DNA of 24,000 nt, taken from positions 790,004 through 814,003 of the forward strand of contig CAWENC010000002.1 of assembly GCA_963810395.1 (NCBI GenBank), given 5' to 3'. Positions 1 through 11,182 of this stretch are shown here, in pieces (within the stretch, counting starts at the first letter, position 1; every line of letters starts with the position of its first letter). Both the position numbers and the translations under genes were made by a program. A model generated the notes under the pieces. It ran no database searches. It was not told the origin of the DNA and was given only the letters and a program-made list of their open reading frames with translations. Source of the stretch: an uncultured beta proteobacterium. GTDB lineage: Bacteria; Pseudomonadota; Gammaproteobacteria; Burkholderiales; Burkholderiaceae_C.

Positions 1-2
1 CG

Positions 3-677
3 GCCGAAAAGCAACGGGTGGTGATCGACTGGTATGTGCGTTGGCGGATTTCGGAGCCGACCGAGTACATTCGCAACGTCGGCACCAACGAATCGGCGGG
101 CGCCAGTCAGCTCAATCGCGTGGTTCGCAATGCCTTCCAGGAAGAAATCAACAAGTGGACCGTGAAAGAGCTGCTTGCGCTCAAACGGGAAACCTTGATG
201 GCGGACGTGAAACGCGAAGTGCTGGGACAAGTGCGGGGCGCCAAGCCCTGGGGTGTGGATGTGGTTGATGTACGCATCACGCGGGTTGACTATGTCGAGG
301 CCATCACCGAGTCGGTGTATCGCCGCATGGAAGCCGAGCGCAAGCGCGTGGCCAATGAGTTGCGCTCCACGGGCGCCGCCGAAGGCGAAAAAATTCGGGC
401 CGATGCTGACCGGCAGCGCGAGGTGGCGGTAGCGAATGCCTATCGGGATGCCCAGAAGATCAAGGGTGAAGGTGATGCCGAAGCAGCTCGCACTTATTCG
501 GAAGCGTTTGGTCGTGACCCTCAATTTGCCCAGTTCTATCGCAGTCTGGACGCCTACAAGGCGAGCTTCAACAAGAAATCTGACGTCATGGTGGTTGATC
601 CGTCAAGCTCGGAGTTCTTCAAGGTGCTTCGAGGTAACACGAGCGCGACGCCCACCCCGGCGCGCGCCCGGAAATAG
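3..677 (+). CDS. hflC: HflC, membrane protease modulator (SPFH/band-7 domain); C-terminal part, 5' end outside the window
   Basis: The frame is open from nt 3 (AEKQRVVIDWYVRWRISEP...), so the listed ORF 18..677 is an internal fragment. The sequence resembles E. coli HflC (..DSYIKWRISD.. followed by a charged coiled region). It is followed by yjeT-hisZ-purA, as in the conserved hflKC neighbourhood. Stop codon TAG at 675-677. Confidence 0.9.
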   Translation, partial: AEKQRVVIDWYVRWRISEPTEYIRNVGTNESAGASQLNRVVRNAFQEEINKWTVKELLALKRETLMADVKREVLGQVRGAKPWGVDVVDVRITRVDYVEAITESVYRRMEAERKRVANELRSTGAAEGEKIRADADRQREVAVANAYRDAQKIKGEGDAEAARTYSEAFGRDPQFAQFYRSLDAYKASFNKKSDVMVVDPSSSEFFKVLRGNTSATPTPARARK

Positions 678-695
678 AACTCGAAGACCGATAAA

Positions 696-884
696 TTGGA
701 CAGTGACACCTTCTGGCTCGCCCTGGCCCTTGTTCTGGTGATCGAGGGGCTGTCTCCGTTTTTATCCCCGGCCGGCTGGCGCCGGATGTTTTTGCAGATT
801 CTTCAACTCAGCGATGGCCAACTGCGTTTTTTTGGAATGTGCAGCATTCTGGCCGGAGCCTTGCTGATTTGGTATCTGCTTTGA
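696..884 (+). CDS. yjeT: DUF2065 small membrane protein (YjeT family)
   Basis: 62 aa with a TTG start. FWLALALVLVIEGLSPFLSPAGWRRM matches remembered E. coli YjeT (IWLALALVLVLEGLGPMLYPKAWKKM). Its position directly after hflC is typical. Confidence 0.75.
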   Translation: MDSDTFWLALALVLVIEGLSPFLSPAGWRRMFLQILQLSDGQLRFFGMCSILAGALLIWYLL

Positions 885-941
885 GAATTTCCGCGCTCCA
901 AGCCCGGTAAAATTGCGCTTTTAACAGCTCCCCAAAATCAC

Positions 942-3492
<2,551 letters not shown>

Positions 3493-3512
3493 TCTAATTC
3501 AGGAGCAATTTG

Positions 3513-4037
3513 ATGTTGACGGAAGACGGCAAACACCTGTATGTGAGCTATGACGAGTACCACAACCTGATCGAAAAGCTGGCCATCAAGATTTACCAAT
3601 CAGGCTGGGAATTCGACACCATTTTGTGCCTGGCGCGTGGCGGCATGCGCCCCGGTGACATTCTGTCGCGCATCTTCGACAAGCCACTGGCCATCATGTC
3701 GACCAGCTCCTATCGCTCCGATGCCGGCACGGTGCAGGGGGTTCTGGATATTGCACGCTTTATCACCACGCCCAAGGGCGAGATCGCCGGCAAGGTTCTG
3801 CTGGTCGATGATCTGGCGGATTCCGGCCATACGCTCAAGGCTGTCATGCATCAGCTCAAGACCGACTATGCGCCCATTACCGAGCTGCGCAGCGCCGTGA
3901 TCTGGACCAAGGCGCTGTCGATCTTCACGCCCGATTATTCGGTCGAGTTCTTGCCGACCAACCCCTGGATTCATCAACCGTTCGAAAGTTACGATGCCCT
4001 GCGCGCCGAGCAGCTGATTCAAAAGTGGAGCGTATGA
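3513..4037 (+). CDS. phosphoribosyltransferase (Gpt/Hpt-like, purine salvage type)
   Basis: The PRPP-binding loop is VLLVDDLADSGHTL. The ATG at 3513 sits 7 nt after AGGAG (3501-3505), so I prefer it to the TTG at 3510 used by the ORF track. Its stop overlaps the next gene's ATG (ATGA at 4034-4037). Confidence 0.8.
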   Translation: MLTEDGKHLYVSYDEYHNLIEKLAIKIYQSGWEFDTILCLARGGMRPGDILSRIFDKPLAIMSTSSYRSDAGTVQGVLDIARFITTPKGEIAGKVLLVDDLADSGHTLKAVMHQLKTDYAPITELRSAVIWTKALSIFTPDYSVEFLPTNPWIHQPFESYDALRAEQLIQKWSV

Positions 4038-5257
4038 AGGCGCGGCGCACCATGACCGATCTCACGACCACGCTGATCCATCACCCCTACACGCCGCCGG
4101 AAGGCTTCCGTGCGCCACAACCCGGCGTGTTCAAGGCCTCCACCGTCATCTTTCCCAGCGTGGCGGCGATGCGCCACTTTGAGTGGAAGGACAAGACCGC
4201 CTACACCTACGGCCTGCACGGCACGCCGACCACTTATCAACTGGAAGAGCGCCTGTGCACTTTGGAAGGTGGCTTGCAGTGCCTGCTGGTGCCGAGCGGT
4301 CTGGCCGCCATCGCCAATGTTGCTCTGTCCTTGCTGAAAACCGGCGACGAGGTGCTGATTCCGGACAACGCCTACGGACCCAACAAGGCGCTGGCTGAAG
4401 CTGAACTCAAGGCTTGGGGCATCACGCACCGGTTTTACGACTCGATGAATCCGCCCGATCTGGCGGCCAAAATCAGCGCACGGACGCGTCTCGTGTGGCT
4501 GGAGGCAGCCGGATCGGTGACGCTTGAGTTTCCTGACTTGTGCGAACTGCTGCGTCTATGCAAGGCGCGCGGCGTGCTCACCGCCCTGGACAACACCTGG
4601 GGCGCCGGCCTGGCCTTTGCACCGTTTGACCTGACACCTGGCAGCAGCCCGACCCTCGGTGTCGATGTCTCGATCCATGCGTTGACCAAATACCCCAGCG
4701 GCGGCGGCGATGTGCTGATGGGCAGTGTCATCACCCGCGACGCCGCGCTGCACCTCAAACTCAAGCTGACTCACATGCGCCTGGGCCTGGGCGTCGGCGC
4801 CAACGATGCCGAAGCTGTGTTGCGGGCCTTGCCCAGCCTGGCGCTGCGATACCGGGCGCATGACGAAACGGCCCGCACTTTGGCCAGGTGGTGCCAGACC
4901 CGTGCCGAATTTGTCCAGGTGTTGCATCCGGCTTTGCCAGACTCGCCCGGACATGCGCATTGGCGCAATCTGTGCCGCTCCGGCTCGGGTGGCGCGGCCG
5001 GGTTGTTGAGCGTGATCTTTGATGCCCGGTACAGCCAGGAGCAGATTGATGCATTTTGCGACGCGCTGAAGTTGTTCAAGCTCGGCTATAGCTGGGGTGG
5101 ACCGATGAGTCTGGTGGTGCCCTATGAACTGGCCGCCATGCGCGGTGTCTGGCCAAAGCATTTGAAGCCGGGCACTTTGGTGCGTTTTTCCGTCGGACTG
5201 GAAGCGGCGGCCGATTTGCAGGCCGATCTGGAGCAGGCACTGCAGGCAGTGGCTTGA
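4034..5257 (+). CDS. metC: cystathionine beta-lyase (PLP-dependent Cys/Met metabolism family)
   Basis: Strong resemblance to remembered E. coli MetC: YGxxGTPT, DVSIHALTKY (PLP lysine), HPALPDSPGHAHW and YSWGGPMSL. The start is uncertain: GTG 4025, ATG 4034 (ATGA overlap with the upstream stop, chosen here) or ATG 4052. Confidence 0.86.
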   Translation: MKARRTMTDLTTTLIHHPYTPPEGFRAPQPGVFKASTVIFPSVAAMRHFEWKDKTAYTYGLHGTPTTYQLEERLCTLEGGLQCLLVPSGLAAIANVALSLLKTGDEVLIPDNAYGPNKALAEAELKAWGITHRFYDSMNPPDLAAKISARTRLVWLEAAGSVTLEFPDLCELLRLCKARGVLTALDNTWGAGLAFAPFDLTPGSSPTLGVDVSIHALTKYPSGGGDVLMGSVITRDAALHLKLKLTHMRLGLGVGANDAEAVLRALPSLALRYRAHDETARTLARWCQTRAEFVQVLHPALPDSPGHAHWRNLCRSGSGGAAGLLSVIFDARYSQEQIDAFCDALKLFKLGYSWGGPMSLVVPYELAAMRGVWPKHLKPGTLVRFSVGLEAAADLQADLEQALQAVA

Positions 5258-5367
5258 TGCCGATGCGCCACCGTATGCACCACCTGCCGCAACAAAAAAC
5301 TTGGCCCGCTGCGCTGGACGGAGGCCGTGCAATGGTAAAGTTGCCTCCATCAACCTGAAAGAATACC

Positions 5368-5553
5368 TTGGCAACACCAAATTACGGCTACGAGAAGCGT
5401 CAAAAAGAATTGGCGAAGAAGAAGAAGAAAGAGGAAAAACTCAAGCACAAGGCTGAGCGCAAGGTCGGTGAAGGGGCCGACGATGGGGTCGCGGATGGCA
5501 ATGATGCCACTCAAACGCCCGAGCCTGGCGCCGATACCCCGGCGCAAGGCTGA
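5368..5553 (+). CDS. small Lys/Glu-rich hypothetical protein (61 aa)
   Basis: The N-terminus ATPNYGYEKRQKELAKKKKKEEKLKHKAERK resembles small basic proteins I recall from Burkholderiales. The only available start is TTG, directly after an in-frame stop, and there is no good SD. The call is therefore tentative. Confidence 0.4.
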   Translation: MATPNYGYEKRQKELAKKKKKEEKLKHKAERKVGEGADDGVADGNDATQTPEPGADTPAQG

Positions 5554-5565
5554 GTCCTCGCCGGA

Positions 5566-8523
5566 TCAGCTCGAATGAAGTGACAAAACCTTGTCCAGTT
5601 GATCGCCATGCACAGGTTTTCCAAAATAATCCCCCTGAAACGTATGGCAACCGTTGCAGGTTAGCTGTGCCCGTTGTTCCCCGGTTTCCACTCCTTCAGC
5701 AATGACGTTCAGACCGAAGGCCTCGGCCATCGTGATGATGGCGTGCACTATGGCCTGATCGTTCTGATCCGTCACCAGATCGGACACAAATGACTGGTCG
5801 ATCTTCAACTGATCGAGAGGCAGTTTTTTCAGCAGCGACAGGGATGAAAAACCGGTGCCAAAATCATCCATCGCGAAGCCGACCCCGAGGGCCTTGATCT
5901 GATGCATTTTGTCAATCACGCGACTGACGTCATGGAGCATCAGACTCTCGGTCAGTTCAAGTTTGAGTCGGGTCGCATCGATGCCCGACTGTTCCAGAAT
6001 TCCCTTTACTTGCGCCACAAAATCGTCCTGTGAAAATTGCAGCGGACTGACATTGACCGCGACCCGCAAATGACGTTTGGCCGGATTGGCGGACCAAACC
6101 TTGATCTGGTCGCAGGCGCTGCGCATGACCCATTCGCCAATCGGCAGTATCAATTGGGTTTCTTCGGCCAATGGAATGAAGTTGGCCGGCAGGATGAGGC
6201 CCCGTTCAGGGTGCATCCAGCGCAACAGGGCTTCAACGCCGATGACGCCCAGCCCGTCTTTCACCTGTATCTGGTAGTGCAGCTGAAATTGCTGCTCGTT
6301 GATGGCCTTGCGCAACTCTTCTTCCAGAGTGATGCGCGTCTCCAGCACGGACTGCATGGTGACATCGTAAAACCGCACGGCATTGCGTCCCGCAGTCTTG
6401 GCTTGATACATGGCGATTTCGGCATGCTTGAGCAAATCGGTCATGCTTTCTTCGTGACCCTGGAACAGCGCGATTCCGATGCTGGGAGTCGAGTGGAATT
6501 CCTGGCGTGCCAGCAGATACGGTTTGCCCAAAGCGACGCGTATCGTTTGTGCCACCAGTTCGGCTTGAGTCGCGGCTTCTATCGGGTTGCCACTCGACGA
6601 TTCCATCAGCACCACAAAATTGTCACCCCCAAGATGCGACACCGTGTCGAAATCGGGTACGCAACATGGCAGGCGCTTGGCAACTTCGATCAGCATCAAG
6701 TCGCCCACTTCGTGGCCTTTGGTTTCATTGATGCTCTTGAAATTGTCCAGGTCAATGAAAATGACGGCACCGTAATGCCCGTGACGTGCGCTCGCGGCCA
6801 TCGATTGATGCAGCCGGTCCAATAGCAGACGACGATTGGGCAGTCGGGTCAGGGAGTCAAAAAAGGCCAGGCTGTGGATCTTTTCTTCATTCTTCTTTTG
6901 CTGCGTGATATCAGCAAAGTTTGCAACGTAGTTGATAACGTCGTTGGCCTGGTTGGTGACCGCAGTGATGGTCAGTTGCTCGGGATAGACCGACGCGTCT
7001 TTGCGCCGGTTCCAGATTTCCCCGTGCCAGAAACCATGTTGATTCAAGGCGGCCCACATCGCCTGGTAAAACCGGGCATCGTGTTTCCCCGATTTCAACA
7101 GGGCGGGTGTTTTGCCCACCGCCTCACCGGCGCTGTAACCGGTAATGCTGGTAAATGCCTGATTGACCTTGAGGATGATGCCTTGCGCGTTGGTCACCAG
7201 GATACCTTCCTGGGTTTCAAAAGCAATGGCGGCAACGCGCAGATCGCGGTCCAGCCGCTTGCGCTCCGAAATATCACGGCACGAGCCATAGACCTGCTGA
7301 TTCGGCAGCACCGAGGCATTCAATTCCATCGGGATCTTGCTGCCATCTTTGCGTAGCAGGTAAATTTCCCTGATTTGAGGCTCGCTGCTGCTGGCAATCG
7401 ATTTGGCGGCCTGGCGATAACGCGCGCGCCAGTCCGGCGGCACCAGATCGAATACCGTCATGGCATACAGTTCTTCGTGACTGTAGCCGAGCAGGGAAAC
7501 GGCATGGTCGTTGGCGTAACTGATTTGACCCTGCTGCGAGCAGATGAACACGGCGTCTGGTGCGCACCTCAGAATCATCTGCAGCGTGTTCTTGTTTTCG
7601 CGCAGGGACTCGTTCGTCAACTTGCGTTCGATGGCAAAGGCGATATGAAAAGCAATGGTGCTGGCCAGCCGGCTGTCGGTGGTTGAGAAGCGATGCGGCT
7701 GGTTGAAATACACCATGAATTTCCCCAGCAGCCGCCCCTGCTGTACCAGTGGAACAAAGCCAAATGCACGCAACCCTTCAGCTTTGGCCAGCGGTCGAAA
7801 GTGCGCCATGCCCGCGTCGAGCTCAATGTCATCGATAAAGATCGATTCCGGCTTCTCGGCGTCCCGGGTCCAGGGTGAATGCCCGTCGGCGCCCTGACGA
7901 TAGGCGTCCGAGAGCCCGCGCCAGGCCTTGAAGCGCATCACTGAATCGACATCGAACAGCAGGATCGAGACGCGGTCGGCTTTCAAAAGCTTGAGGATGG
8001 CATCCATGGCCGCGGCGTACACCTGTTCAAGTGAACTGGCGGTGCTGACGGTGTTGCTCAACAGGTAAAGCGCTTCGAGCTCGCTCAGGCGTCGAGTCTC
8101 CTGCAATTCCATTCGCTTGCGATCGGCGATGTCTTTGCCGACGACGTAAATCGCCTGTGGGTCCACCGAGGGGATGGCGATGCCGGTGGTCTCGATCCAG
8201 GTCTGGCTGCCGTTTTTGCAGACAAGTTTGAGCTCGACCGATTCGACGTTCGGTTCACCCTGCAGGATGCGCTGCACGCGTGACATGGCGGCAGCCCGAT
8301 AGTCCGGATGGATCACGTCCAGGATCGAGCTCCCGATGAACTCCCCGGCGTTGTCGCCGCCCAGCAATTTCACGCATTCCTGGTTGACGTAGCGGATGAC
8401 ACCCGCCACATGGATCAACATCGGAAGCGGCAGCAGTTCAGTCAACACCCGGTAGCGCTCGGCATTTTCAGCCGCCGACGCCTGTCGCTGGGTGGCCGGT
8501 GCGTCATACGTTGGGGTTTTCAT
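5566..8523 (-). CDS. c-di-GMP signalling protein, PAS-GAF-PAS-PAS-GGDEF(degenerate)-EAL
   Basis: 985 aa. PAS-like segments lie at about 25-135, 310-425 and 430-545, and a GAF-like segment at about 150-300. The GGDEF domain carries GGDNF at residues 632-636. The EAL domain has EALLRW, DDFGTGFSSL and AEGVET. Confidence 0.93.
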   Translation of the reverse strand: MKTPTYDAPATQRQASAAENAERYRVLTELLPLPMLIHVAGVIRYVNQECVKLLGGDNAGEFIGSSILDVIHPDYRAAAMSRVQRILQGEPNVESVELKLVCKNGSQTWIETTGIAIPSVDPQAIYVVGKDIADRKRMELQETRRLSELEALYLLSNTVSTASSLEQVYAAAMDAILKLLKADRVSILLFDVDSVMRFKAWRGLSDAYRQGADGHSPWTRDAEKPESIFIDDIELDAGMAHFRPLAKAEGLRAFGFVPLVQQGRLLGKFMVYFNQPHRFSTTDSRLASTIAFHIAFAIERKLTNESLRENKNTLQMILRCAPDAVFICSQQGQISYANDHAVSLLGYSHEELYAMTVFDLVPPDWRARYRQAAKSIASSSEPQIREIYLLRKDGSKIPMELNASVLPNQQVYGSCRDISERKRLDRDLRVAAIAFETQEGILVTNAQGIILKVNQAFTSITGYSAGEAVGKTPALLKSGKHDARFYQAMWAALNQHGFWHGEIWNRRKDASVYPEQLTITAVTNQANDVINYVANFADITQQKKNEEKIHSLAFFDSLTRLPNRRLLLDRLHQSMAASARHGHYGAVIFIDLDNFKSINETKGHEVGDLMLIEVAKRLPCCVPDFDTVSHLGGDNFVVLMESSSGNPIEAATQAELVAQTIRVALGKPYLLARQEFHSTPSIGIALFQGHEESMTDLLKHAEIAMYQAKTAGRNAVRFYDVTMQSVLETRITLEEELRKAINEQQFQLHYQIQVKDGLGVIGVEALLRWMHPERGLILPANFIPLAEETQLILPIGEWVMRSACDQIKVWSANPAKRHLRVAVNVSPLQFSQDDFVAQVKGILEQSGIDATRLKLELTESLMLHDVSRVIDKMHQIKALGVGFAMDDFGTGFSSLSLLKKLPLDQLKIDQSFVSDLVTDQNDQAIVHAIITMAEAFGLNVIAEGVETGEQRAQLTCNGCHTFQGDYFGKPVHGDQLDKVLSLHSS

Positions 8524-9586
8524 GAATCTTCGAATTTCGCATTATTTCTTGAGCCAAAAGCGCCATGGCGCCCGTTGAATGGTCGCGAGGCGCTATCATT
8601 TGTGCAGCACTGAAGTGCTGGAAGTTGCGCTGCATTGACTCTGTATAGCTTGGATCATAGTGCTGCGTGAGCAGCGCCTGCACCACCGGCGCGAACTCTC
8701 CGGCGCGCACCTGCGCCTGCCAGCCCTCGACCAGCGCCTTGCCCTTGAACGTGGCCAGTACCTGCAAGCGTTCGCAGAAACTCTCCACGTCGCGCACAAA
8801 AAAATCGTAGTCCTCCATCAATAGGGCAACGCGCTCCGCGTCGGGCAGCACCAGGTTCAGGCAGGGGCTTTGGCGCATGGCTTCGATCAGCGTGGCCGGG
8901 ACCGCAACATTGCCGACTTTTTTGCTTTCGCTTTCGATGTACACCGGCCGCGCAGGGTCGAGGTGGCGCAGCGATTCCCACACCAGCGTGTCAAAGCGCT
9001 TCTGGGTCGGCTGTGGTCGTCCCGGAATGGCGCCCAGCACCGAACTGCGGTGGCACGCCAGCGCTTCCAGATCGACCACCTGTGCCCCCTGTGCTGCCAG
9101 AGCCTGCAGCAGGCGGGTTTTGCCCGAGCCGGTGGTGCCGACAATCACGCGCCAGTCCAGGGCGCCGACCAGACGCGGGATGTCTTGCACCACAGCGGCC
9201 CGAAACGCCTTGTAGCCGCCTTCCACCAGAGTGACCCGAAAACCGATCTGGCTCAGGATCAGGGACAGCGCGCCGCTGCGCTGGCCACCGCGCCAGCAGT
9301 AGGCCAGCGGCTTCCAGTCTTTCGGTTTGGCGATCACTTCACGCTCGATGTGGTCGGCAATATTGCGCGCCGCAATCGCCGCGCCGCGCTTTCGGGCCTC
9401 AAACGGATTCACCTGCTTGTAGAGCGTGCCGATGACGCGCCGCTGCTCGTCATTGAGCGTGGGCCAGTTCACGGCGCCTGGCAGGTGGTCTTCCTGGTAC
9501 TCGCTTTCGCTGCGGGCATCGATCAGGGTGTCAAACTCATGCAATCGCCCGATGAGCTCGGACGCGCTCAGGGTGCTAAGACTCAT
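8504..9586 (-). CDS. selU: tRNA 2-selenouridine/geranyl-2-thiouridine synthase
   Basis: 360 aa. The N-terminal rhodanese domain has the catalytic Cys loop YCWRGGQRS, and a P-loop GTTGSGKT follows. The start ATG overlaps the tesA-like stop (ATGA, 9583-9586). The 3' end overlaps the next gene by 20 nt. Confidence 0.9.
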   Translation of the reverse strand: MSLSTLSASELIGRLHEFDTLIDARSESEYQEDHLPGAVNWPTLNDEQRRVIGTLYKQVNPFEARKRGAAIAARNIADHIEREVIAKPKDWKPLAYCWRGGQRSGALSLILSQIGFRVTLVEGGYKAFRAAVVQDIPRLVGALDWRVIVGTTGSGKTRLLQALAAQGAQVVDLEALACHRSSVLGAIPGRPQPTQKRFDTLVWESLRHLDPARPVYIESESKKVGNVAVPATLIEAMRQSPCLNLVLPDAERVALLMEDYDFFVRDVESFCERLQVLATFKGKALVEGWQAQVRAGEFAPVVQALLTQHYDPSYTESMQRNFQHFSAAQMIAPRDHSTGAMALLAQEIMRNSKIHENPNV

Positions 9587-10272
9587 TTGAGCAACTTCTT
9601 CAATTCAGGCCAGACATTTGCGAGCATCAGGGGGTGCGCTTCTTCCTTGGGGTGAATCCGGTCGGCCTGAAACAGCCGGGTAGCGTCAGGCTGGTCGGCA
9701 ATGCCTTTGAGCAGGAACGGCACCAGCCCAGCCTTGTTTCTCTTCGCTACGCTGTCAAACAGGGCGGCAAAGTGCTCGCCGTAGTCGCGGCCGTAATTGG
9801 GCGGCACCTGCATGCCGATCAGCAATACCCTGGCACCGGCTTTCTGGGCCGTCTGCGTCATGAAAGTCAGGTTATCTTCGGTCAGTTGCAGCGGCAGGCC
9901 GCGCAGCGCGTCGTTGGCGCCGAGCTCAAGGATCACATGCGTGGGCAGATGTTGCGCCAGCAGCGCCGCCAGCCGCGAGCGCCCGCCCGCCGTGGTGTCG
10001 CCGCTGATGCTGGCATTGATCACGCTGGCGCTGACATTTTCGGTTTTCAGCTTTTGTTCCAGCAATGCCACCCAGCCGCTACCGCGTTTGAGGCCATATT
10101 CGGCACTCAGCGAGTCGCCCAGCACCAGAATGGCTGCAGGCCGGCTGGCCTGGACCTGCCGGCCTGACGTGGCCGCGCCAGACGCCAGCGATAGCCCCGC
10201 CACGGCGGCCAGTACGCCGGCCGCGATACAGTAGCGTCGATTCAAGTGATTGCTATACAAAGAAAGCCCCAT
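9583..10272 (-). CDS. tesA: SGNH/GDSL arylesterase / acyl-CoA thioesterase I-like, secreted
   Basis: Block I is ILVLGDSLSAEYG, followed by GDTTAGG, ELGANDALRG and DRIHP. A signal-peptide-like N-terminus is present. The 353-aa track ORF (to 10644) is an antisense extension into the ABC gene. The likely start is ATG 10272 or TTG 10245 (MNRRYCIAAGVLAAVAGLSLASG). Confidence 0.85.
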   Translation of the reverse strand: MGLSLYSNHLNRRYCIAAGVLAAVAGLSLASGAATSGRQVQASRPAAILVLGDSLSAEYGLKRGSGWVALLEQKLKTENVSASVINASISGDTTAGGRSRLAALLAQHLPTHVILELGANDALRGLPLQLTEDNLTFMTQTAQKAGARVLLIGMQVPPNYGRDYGEHFAALFDSVAKRNKAGLVPFLLKGIADQPDATRLFQADRIHPKEEAHPLMLANVWPELKKLLK

Positions 10273-10957
10273 GTCTGATTCAATTATTTCGGTCGAACAC
10301 ATGTTCAAGTCGGTGACAGATTCCACCGGCACGCTCGACATTTTGCGCGATATTGATTTTGTCCTGAACGCGCGCGAGACGGTGGCCATTGTCGGTGCTT
10401 CCGGCTCTGGCAAAAGCACGCTGCTGTCGATCATCGCCGGGCTGGATACGCCCAGCCGCGGCACCGTGCGGCTGGCGGGCCAGGACCTGTTTGCCATGGA
10501 TGAGGACCAGCGCGCCGAGTTGCGGGCGCAAAAAGTGGGATTTGTGTTCCAGAGTTTCCAACTGCTGGGCAACCTGAGTGCGCTGGAGAATGTCATGCTG
10601 CCGCTCGAACTGGCGGGCCGGCGCGATGCGCGCCAGGCTGCCACCGAGATGCTGGCGCGCGTCGGCCTGTCCGAGCGCCTTGGCCATTACCCCAAGGTCC
10701 TGAGCGGCGGCGAGCAGCAGCGAGTGGCGCTGGCACGCGCCTTTGTCGTCAAACCGGCCGTTCTGCTGGCGGATGAGCCCACTGGCAGCCTGGACTTTGC
10801 GACCGGGGAAAAAGTCATGGAACTGATGTTTGACCTCAACCGCGAGCAGGGCACCACGCTGGTGCTGGTGACGCACGACAACGCCATTGCCGCGCGCTGT
10901 GCACGCTCAATCACGATCGAGGCCGGGCAGGTGCTTGCTGCGACGCCGGTTTCTTAA
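10271..10957 (+). CDS. ABC transporter ATP-binding protein (YbbA/LolD-like)
   Basis: Walker A GASGSGKST, signature LSGGEQQRVALARA and Walker B LLADEPTGSLD are present. It is divergent from the tesA-like gene, as ybbA is in E. coli. I prefer ATG 10271 to TTG 10250. Confidence 0.9.
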   Translation: MSDSIISVEHMFKSVTDSTGTLDILRDIDFVLNARETVAIVGASGSGKSTLLSIIAGLDTPSRGTVRLAGQDLFAMDEDQRAELRAQKVGFVFQSFQLLGNLSALENVMLPLELAGRRDARQAATEMLARVGLSERLGHYPKVLSGGEQQRVALARAFVVKPAVLLADEPTGSLDFATGEKVMELMFDLNREQGTTLVLVTHDNAIAARCARSITIEAGQVLAATPVS

Positions 10958-11031
10958 GGAGTTTCGGCCTGTGGCACCCGTGCAGTATGCGCAAGCAGCT
11001 ACTTAAAAGATAGCAAATACGATAACTCGTA

Positions 11032-11182
11032 CCAGGCGGGTGGCGTGGCTTGCGGACTCCGGCCCTCGCTCGCGGGCGGGCTGAACTGGTCCTCCGGTGT
11101 GACAGCGTCAAGACGACCCTTGGTGCGCCGATTCTGGGGTGACCGCGAATCGGGCCTGCGCTCGCAATCCGCACCACCCACC
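11032..11182 (-). ncRNA. candidate structured RNA / structured repeat element, left copy (family not identified)
   Basis: An 11-bp terminal helix pairs 11035-11045 with 11172-11182, with two G:U pairs only on the minus strand. A 7-bp hairpin (11128-11134/11147-11153) has a 12-nt loop. This copy is homologous to the inverted copy at 12108-12260, with compensatory changes. No plausible protein is encoded. Confidence 0.45.

Noticed and set aside
9583-10644. The 353-aa version of the tesA-like ORF.
   Set aside because: The first 124 codons are antisense to the ABC ATPase gene and are Ser/Arg/Pro-rich with no esterase similarity. The homologous part begins at the signal peptide near 10272/10245.
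11122-11180. A possible tRNA or tmRNA 3' end (GGTGCG...CGCACC followed by ACCCA), which would have made the islet a tRNA-targeted insertion.
   Set aside because: No register gives a 5-bp T-stem with a 7-nt TPsiC-like loop, a 7-bp acceptor, a discriminator and CCA. The GGTGCG/CGCACC pairing competes with the better-supported terminal helix and is absent from the right copy. There is no tmRNA tag-peptide reading frame ending in ALAA.
11034-11182. A cobalamin riboswitch (ACCGGAGGACCAG versus the B12 box), SRP RNA (CUGGUCCUCC) or 6S RNA as the identity of the left element.
   Set aside because: The other obligatory consensus blocks of each family are missing (GGUGAAAAUCC / GCCCCCGCAACUGU for B12; GGAAGCAGCC for SRP). 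There is no downstream gene on the folding strand for a riboswitch. The length and architecture do not fit 6S.
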